Assembly: GCA_030154225.1 (NCBI GenBank)
Contig: JASKKI010000003.1
Coordinates: 14,217-78,216 of the forward strand
DNA: 64,000 nucleotides
Reading direction: 5' to 3'
Source of the DNA: Clostridia bacterium
GTDB taxonomy: Bacteria; Bacillota; Peptococcia; Peptococcales; BICA1-8
Shown: positions 57,013-64,000 of the stretch, one piece after another
Layout of the letters: every line of letters begins with the position of its first letter
Position numbering within the stretch: position 1 is the stretch's first letter
Made by a program: the position numbers and the translations under genes
The notes under the pieces: model-generated
What the model was told of the DNA's origin: nothing
The model's database searches: none
Seen by the model: the letters and a program-made list of their open reading frames with translations, nothing else

Positions 57013-58175
57013 CAATTAACCCTGGTTCTTTTATCAATGAAGCAGTAAAAAGTATCCCACCTTCAGGAATAAGAAAATTTTTTGATCTGGTCAGCCAAAC
57101 AGAAGGGGTTATTTCATTAGGTGTTGGTGAACCCGATTTCGTTACACCCTGGCATATTAGAGAGGCCTGTTATTATTCCTTAGAAAAAGGGTTCACTATG
57201 TATACATCTAATTATGGAATGCCTGAGTTAAGGAAAGCAATTAGCGTCTATTTACAAAAATATGCACTGGAATATAATCCTTTAGATGAGATTTTGATTA
57301 CAGTAGGGGTAAGTGAAGGAGTAGATTTAGCCTTAAGGGCCCTTACTTCTCCCGGTGATGAGATATTAATACCAGATCCATCTTATGTTTCTTATGCACC
57401 CGGAGCCATTTTAGCCGGTGGAACTCCTATCCCCCTGAGTACCTATGAAAAAGATGAATTTAAATTAACTCCTGAGGAATTGGAACATAAAATTACCTCT
57501 AAATCAAAAGTTTTAATCCTTACCTTCCCTAACAACCCAACGGGAGCTATTATGACTAAAGAAGACTTGGAGAAGATTGCTCAACTGGTAGAAAAATATA
57601 ATTTAGTAGTAATTTCTGATGAAATCTACAGTGAACTAACTTATGAAGGTAAGCATTATTCCTTTGCTGCCTTACCCGGAATGTGGGAAAGAACAATTAC
57701 CCTTAATGGTTTTTCAAAAGCATTCGCCATGACAGGCTGGCGTATTGGTTATGCCGCTGCCCCTAAGGAAATTATTAGCGCAATGATGAAAATTCACCAG
57801 TTTAGTATCTTATGTGCTCCAATTATGGGCCAGAAAGCCGCTTTAGAAGCCTTAATAAACGGTGAAAGTGAAATGAAAAAAATGGTCCATTCCTTTAACC
57901 AGCGTCGGAATTTAATTGTTAATGGTCTAAGAGAACTGGGGCTGGATTGTTTTGAACCCAAAGGTTCATTTTATGCTTTTCCATCTATTAAAAAAACAGG
58001 AATGACTTCAGAGGAGTTTGCAGAAAAATTACTACTGGAAGAAAAAGTAGCAGTGGTACCGGGAAATGCCTTTGGTGAAAGCGGAGAAGGATTTATCCGC
58101 TGCTGCTATGCCGCATCAGTGGGAAATATAAATGAAGCTCTGGAAAGAATGGGAAGGTTCCTGAATAGGCTATAA
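57009..58175 (+). CDS. alaT: class I PLP-dependent aminotransferase (AlaT-like alanine transaminase candidate)
   Basis: 388 aa with NPTGA and the PLP-lysine block SKAFAMTGWRIGY. Substrate is inferred from the Ala T-box and the AlaR-like partner. Confidence 0.65.
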   Translation: MTINPGSFINEAVKSIPPSGIRKFFDLVSQTEGVISLGVGEPDFVTPWHIREACYYSLEKGFTMYTSNYGMPELRKAISVYLQKYALEYNPLDEILITVGVSEGVDLALRALTSPGDEILIPDPSYVSYAPGAILAGGTPIPLSTYEKDEFKLTPEELEHKITSKSKVLILTFPNNPTGAIMTKEDLEKIAQLVEKYNLVVISDEIYSELTYEGKHYSFAALPGMWERTITLNGFSKAFAMTGWRIGYAAAPKEIISAMMKIHQFSILCAPIMGQKAALEALINGESEMKKMVHSFNQRRNLIVNGLRELGLDCFEPKGSFYAFPSIKKTGMTSEEFAEKLLLEEKVAVVPGNAFGESGEGFIRCCYAASVGNINEALERMGRFLNRL

Positions 58176-58185
58176 ACTGGCTGCG

Positions 58186-58338
58186 CCGGTTTAGTGGCTA
58201 GTGATGGAGTCTAGATATATTACGTGTGACGGCTATAGGGTTAGTGTGAGAGTGTAAAGAAAAGGCATCAGATGCTATTTCTTACGCACTTTCACACTAA
58301 CACACTGTCACACTTTATGAATACTAGGTACTGATCAA
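58186..58338. repeat. Two family A repeat copies in inverted orientation (long imperfect hairpin between convergent genes)
   Basis: GTTAGTGTGAGAGTGTAAAGAAAAG (58240-58264) faces TATTTCTTACGCACTTTCACACTAAC (58276-58301) around the palindrome GCATCAGATGC. Flanking TAGTGA / ACTAGTCAC words extend the arms. Confidence 0.8.
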
Positions 58339-58364
58339 ATGGGTCTAAGCACTAGTCACGTGAC

Positions 58365-59567
58365 CTAAAATTTTTCTGTATCGGAATTCTTTAGATAATC
58401 CCTTAAGATTACAACAGGATGTTTAACAGGAACACTTGTACCGTGCATGATTTGTAATTTACAGGTTCCGCAATCGGTTATTACAAAAGGCACCTGACTA
58501 TTTTTAATATCTTTAAACAAAGGATCCCCAATGGCCATAGCTATGGGGTATTTTTCCTTTTTGAAACCAAAAGTACCAGCTATTCCACAGCAATAGTTAT
58601 CTTCTATAATAAGGTCTTTAACAGCTACCTTTTTCAACAAGTTTGCTGCCGGAACCCCAATACCTTGAGCCTTTAAGTGACAAGGTACATGATAATATGC
58701 TTTCTTAATTTTTTCTTTATTTTCATTAAAGGGCAATATCTCTTCTTCCTCTAATAGCTCAAATAAGTCCCAGACATTTTGCTTGAGCTCGGCACTATTT
58801 GTACCGGGAATAATATTAGTGTATTCTTCCTTTAGGGTAAGTCCACAACTGGAACAGGTAGTGACAATTTTGTATCCCTCTCTAATGTATTTCAAGAAAA
58901 CACCAGTATTTTTTATGGCCATCTCCCGTGCTTCGTCTAACAAGCCGTTACTCATAACAGGTGTTCCACAACAATTAACCGATGCCAGCTCTACTTGGAA
59001 ATCATAAGCTTCTAAAATGTCAATAGTAGCTTGAATAATTTCGGGCTCATTAAATGAGGCATAACAACCAGGGTAATAAAGAACTTTCTTATCATTTTTA
59101 CTATTTCTAATTTTAATTTGCTGTTTTAGATATTTAGGAAAGTCACGATTAGCTATACCCATTAAGCCCATCACTGACTTGGTTAAAGGAAATTTTAGAG
59201 CGAAATTAACAAGGCCAGGGATTTTGCTGCCGATTTTCCCCCAACAGATATTATGGGCTAAAATCCAGTCACGGAATTTACTAATAGATTGGCCTTGTAA
59301 TCTAGCCTTATTTTTCATATTATAATATGAAGGTTTTACCCCGTGGGGGCAAGCAATATCACATCTCTTGCAATTAGTACAAAGAGCTAGACTTTCATCT
59401 ATTTCTAAAGGTTTTTCTTGACCTTTAGCTAAACGTAAACGTTCCAATTCGGGGCCCAGTTGTTTAGGACCGGGAAAGTCCGGATAATTGGCTACAACGG
59501 GACATTGGGTATGACAGGTACTACACTTCAGACAGTGATCTAAATTCCGTTCATTGCCATTACTCAT
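58365..59567 (-). CDS. glpC: anaerobic glycerol-3-phosphate dehydrogenase subunit C
   Basis: 400 aa. Two ferredoxin-type motifs (CLKCSTCHTQCP and CTNCKRCDIACP) plus CCG-type Cys-rich domains. Confidence 0.88.
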   Translation of the reverse strand: MSNGNERNLDHCLKCSTCHTQCPVVANYPDFPGPKQLGPELERLRLAKGQEKPLEIDESLALCTNCKRCDIACPHGVKPSYYNMKNKARLQGQSISKFRDWILAHNICWGKIGSKIPGLVNFALKFPLTKSVMGLMGIANRDFPKYLKQQIKIRNSKNDKKVLYYPGCYASFNEPEIIQATIDILEAYDFQVELASVNCCGTPVMSNGLLDEAREMAIKNTGVFLKYIREGYKIVTTCSSCGLTLKEEYTNIIPGTNSAELKQNVWDLFELLEEEEILPFNENKEKIKKAYYHVPCHLKAQGIGVPAANLLKKVAVKDLIIEDNYCCGIAGTFGFKKEKYPIAMAIGDPLFKDIKNSQVPFVITDCGTCKLQIMHGTSVPVKHPVVILRDYLKNSDTEKF

Positions 59568-60837
59568 TTAAGATCCCTCCTTTAGCAGCCAATAATCCCG
59601 CTTTATACCCTGAAGTCAAGGCAACTCCGTTTCCGCTTTTTTCCACAAATGGATCATATCCAGCTAAAGTAGCGCCAGCCACAAAGACATTTTTCAATAA
59701 GGTTTCTTTTGTTTGAGGATCAAATGGTTGGAGCCTATCATTAACATTTACCCCTGCATAGGACAAAGGCTGGCCTTCTAAGCTGAAAAAATCATGTAAA
59801 GAATACTCTCTTGGCACCTGAATAGGTAAACCAAAGACATCTTCTTTAATTTCCCTGGGCAATACCTGTAAACCTTCCCCCAAAATACCTCCGGTGGCCA
59901 GGCAAAAGTTCTGGGCTTTTATTTTCTTCAACCTATCATTGGCAGTATAAATACTTATTTCTTCACAGTAACCATCCAAAAATTTAGCATAAGCGACGGG
60001 ATAACCTATGATAAACTCTACACCTTTATTTTTTAAATATAATTTGAAACTTTCAGCTAAACGATATCCCATTACCGATGGAGGTAAAGTGGGGATTTCT
60101 AAAAGTTCACAATTTAAGCTTTGTTCTATATTGCTTATAACTTCTTGCCAGCGGGTTACTCCTAAAACAGCAGGAATTAGTATTAAAGAATCTCTAACAT
60201 TTAAATTTATTAATTGGTCTATTAACCCATTTCTTACTTGAGGCTTTTCTAAAGCTAGTGCCAGATCGTAACTGTTAAGTTCTCTGGATATGTTTAACTG
60301 TAAGTCAATCCACAGCGGCTTTACCTTACGGCCTAATTGCAATTCCAGATTTTGGGCAACATAGGCAGGATAAAAATCAACCAGTTCTTTTATACCAACC
60401 ACCACTATTTCCCGGTCTACTGTTATCTTTTTATCCGTTGATTTAGGATAAAGTGTTGTAGGAACCAATGCTCCGGCTGCTGTCGGCATCATCATATTAG
60501 CATTTAAAGAACCGGTATAAGGTAGTCCCATTTCCTCACTGACAAGTAAAAAATCATTAAAAGCTTTAATAATAATATCTTTACCAACTTTGGCATATGG
60601 ATGATTGGGATTTTCTACAATTAAACTATCCAATATTTTTTGCGGATTAACTACAGGTTTTTTGGAAGTAGTAGGATAATAACCTAATAAGTCTATATAT
60701 CCCGACGAAGAATATAAATTACCCATCCCTTTGGCTATTACAAGAACTTGCTTTCCCTCTTTTACAGCAGCTAAAGCCGCACTAAAACCTGCTAAGCCAG
60801 CCCCTATTACTACTACGTCATAATTCATTGTTATCAC
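59560..60837 (-). CDS. glpB: anaerobic glycerol-3-phosphate dehydrogenase subunit B
   Basis: 425 aa with FAD motif VVVIGAGLAGF. Sits between glpA and glpC with overlapping ends. Confidence 0.85.
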   Translation of the reverse strand: MITMNYDVVVIGAGLAGFSAALAAVKEGKQVLVIAKGMGNLYSSSGYIDLLGYYPTTSKKPVVNPQKILDSLIVENPNHPYAKVGKDIIIKAFNDFLLVSEEMGLPYTGSLNANMMMPTAAGALVPTTLYPKSTDKKITVDREIVVVGIKELVDFYPAYVAQNLELQLGRKVKPLWIDLQLNISRELNSYDLALALEKPQVRNGLIDQLINLNVRDSLILIPAVLGVTRWQEVISNIEQSLNCELLEIPTLPPSVMGYRLAESFKLYLKNKGVEFIIGYPVAYAKFLDGYCEEISIYTANDRLKKIKAQNFCLATGGILGEGLQVLPREIKEDVFGLPIQVPREYSLHDFFSLEGQPLSYAGVNVNDRLQPFDPQTKETLLKNVFVAGATLAGYDPFVEKSGNGVALTSGYKAGLLAAKGGILNE

Positions 60838-62338
60838 TTTCCAATCGTTCTAAGTTCAATAAACCTAAATAAATACCCCGGGTTAATTGTGTTTCTTGAG
60901 CCTGCTGTCCCCATAAAACCGGTTTACTACCTTTCCAGCGTTCTTCAATGTGATCTTTCAATAGTTTATTAGCTTCAGTTACTTTTAAATTCCTACTCTG
61001 ATGATAATATCCTGTAGCTCTAAAGGTACAAAAGGTACCCTGACAGGGTCCCATTCCTAAACGGGTTAATCTCCGAACATCACTTAATGAAAAATGGCCT
61101 TTCCCTTCTATGGACTGATCTAACATTTTCTTACTTACCATTTCACATTGGCACAAATACTCTCCCGGTTTTGCTCCATTTTTGGGAACAGGAGCATAAA
61201 TCATTTCTTGATGGGTGATACATGGTTTATCCACACCTAACTTCTCTGCTACAAAATCCACAGCAGCTTTAGCCATTAAACGATAAGTTGTTAGCTTACC
61301 ACCCACTACTGAAACCAGACCCTCTAATCCCGTTAATTGACTATGATCAATTAAGGTAAAATCACGGGTTGCCTCCCTACCTAACTGACCGCCGTCCGGT
61401 TGGTAGAGAGGACGTACACCGGCAAAGGCCCTTATCAATCGCATATTTTTTAAATCAGGTATTAAATTAGAACCTTCTGCTAATAATTCCAGAACTTCTT
61501 CCAGAGTTGCTTCAGTATCATCCGGATTATTTGTTACTTTGGATGTTGTTCCGAAGACTGTAACACTACCATGGGGTACGAAAATATCTCCATCACCCGG
61601 TGGGCGCAAGTGATTTAAAACCCTGTTGGTAATCCGGTGGTTAAAGATTACCAGTACTCCTTTATCAGGGTTTACATTAATATTTTGGCCTGCTAAACCG
61701 GCAATTTGACCAGCCCAGGCCCCCCCCGCATTTATTACATATTGACACTCTACCAGTTCTTCCTTACCGGTGTATTTATCTTTTAGATATACACCACAGA
61801 CTTTATTCTTTTCTAATTTGAAACCGATTACCTTAGTGTAGTTTCTGGCCATTGCTCCTAACTTTTGAGCAGAAAGAACATTGGCGGCAGCTAATGTAAA
61901 TCCATCTACTGCTGCATCGGGAACAAAATATGCCTTTACTACATCGGGGGTTAAAGCTGGCTCCTCCTTTAATAATTCAGTTGGAGATATTTCCTTAGTT
62001 TCAATTCCTGCCTGAGCACAACCGGCAAGCCACTTATCAATATAACCGGGATCATCATTTTTGGTGGCAATGAACATACCTCCGGTATCTTCGATACAGT
62101 CAGGAGCAATTTGCTTTAGGATTTTATTTTCCTGGATACACTCTTCAGCAGAGTGCAAATCTTTTACAACATAGCGTGCTCCACTGTGCAAAAGACCGTG
62201 GAATCGTCCACTGGTACCGGTTGCCAGGTCATTTTGCTCCACTAGGAGACAATCTATTCCCCTTAGAGCCAAATCTCTTAGGATCCCGGTTCCGGTGGCC
62301 CCCCCACCAATAACTACCACCTGAACTTTATTATTCAT
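60818..62338 (-). CDS. glpA: anaerobic glycerol-3-phosphate dehydrogenase subunit A
   Basis: 506 aa with VVIGGGATGTG and a C-terminal BFD-like 2Fe-2S Cys motif (CQCE...CQGTFC). Confidence 0.9.
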   Translation of the reverse strand: MNNKVQVVVIGGGATGTGILRDLALRGIDCLLVEQNDLATGTSGRFHGLLHSGARYVVKDLHSAEECIQENKILKQIAPDCIEDTGGMFIATKNDDPGYIDKWLAGCAQAGIETKEISPTELLKEEPALTPDVVKAYFVPDAAVDGFTLAAANVLSAQKLGAMARNYTKVIGFKLEKNKVCGVYLKDKYTGKEELVECQYVINAGGAWAGQIAGLAGQNINVNPDKGVLVIFNHRITNRVLNHLRPPGDGDIFVPHGSVTVFGTTSKVTNNPDDTEATLEEVLELLAEGSNLIPDLKNMRLIRAFAGVRPLYQPDGGQLGREATRDFTLIDHSQLTGLEGLVSVVGGKLTTYRLMAKAAVDFVAEKLGVDKPCITHQEMIYAPVPKNGAKPGEYLCQCEMVSKKMLDQSIEGKGHFSLSDVRRLTRLGMGPCQGTFCTFRATGYYHQSRNLKVTEANKLLKDHIEERWKGSKPVLWGQQAQETQLTRGIYLGLLNLERLESDNNEL

Positions 62339-62350
62339 TTGTCTGCCTCC

Positions 62351-63862
<1,512 letters not shown>

Positions 63863-63891
63863 TCATAGAAGAGTGCTGGCTTACACACTTT

Positions 63892-63925
63892 TAAAAAAGC
63901 TGGGCACCCTCACGATAACCCAGCT
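63892..63925 (-). terminator. Intrinsic terminator between the upstream partial gene and glpK (possible GlpP-type antitermination target)
   Basis: On the minus strand: AGCTGGG-N14-CCCAGCT followed by TTTTTT. It lies about 50 nt upstream of the glpK start and 13 nt after the upstream stop. Confidence 0.6.
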
Positions 63926-63937
63926 AATTTACTTCTG

Positions 63938-64000
63938 TTATATTTCCAGGATGAGTGGTCTTACTATTTCACTACCATTGACCTTAATATTTGTAGTTGG
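63938..64000 (-). CDS. 3' end of an unidentified upstream gene (partial)
   Basis: Open frame running off the window edge and ending ...PTTNIKVNGSEIVRPLILEI with TAA at 63940-63938. Identity cannot be determined from 20 residues. Confidence 0.3.
   Translation of the reverse strand, partial: PTTNIKVNGSEIVRPLILEI

Overview
No defence island, prophage, transposon, CRISPR array, rRNA or tRNA is visible in this window. It is an AT-rich, densely packed, almost entirely minus-strand stretch of core chromosome from an endospore-forming low-GC Firmicute, judged from sleB/ypeB, a spo0F-like gene and a T-box leader. The organism is not identified. Gene order follows the Bacillus subtilis argS...pyrG...spo0F-fba-tal-glpX-rho-rpmE...prfA-prmC...ywlC-ywlD-ywlE-rpiB-ywlG-glyA-upp region. 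Interleaved with it are an 11-gene Mrp/Mbh-type cation antiporter operon, a TCA block (sucCD, malic enzyme, class I fumarase, sdhCAB), a his operon (hisZGHAFIED plus a detached, divergent hisB), an alaR/alaT-like pair behind an Ala T-box, and glpKABC. What the gene list does not explain lies between the genes. (1) Three arrays of about 31-bp phased repeats are built around a GTCWGAC core: 5, 8 and 11 units at about 4.4, 32.3 and 50.0 kb. They share homologous units, and one of them splits the his operon. (2) Several families of short word-like dispersed repeats sit directly after stop codons or in intercistronic spacers, and some are read into ORF 3' ends. (3) An unannotated plus-strand unit at 9.15-9.74 kb has a near-consensus promoter, tandem terminators and a 49-codon ORF. 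(4) A 42-43-bp direct repeat brackets an uncharacterised radical SAM gene. Protein-level oddities are an LMW phosphatase with an 85-aa coiled-coil insertion, a divergent HisB and a Cys-rich protein of unknown function. All calls rest on reading the sequence and the ORF track and on recall of family motifs. No database search was run.
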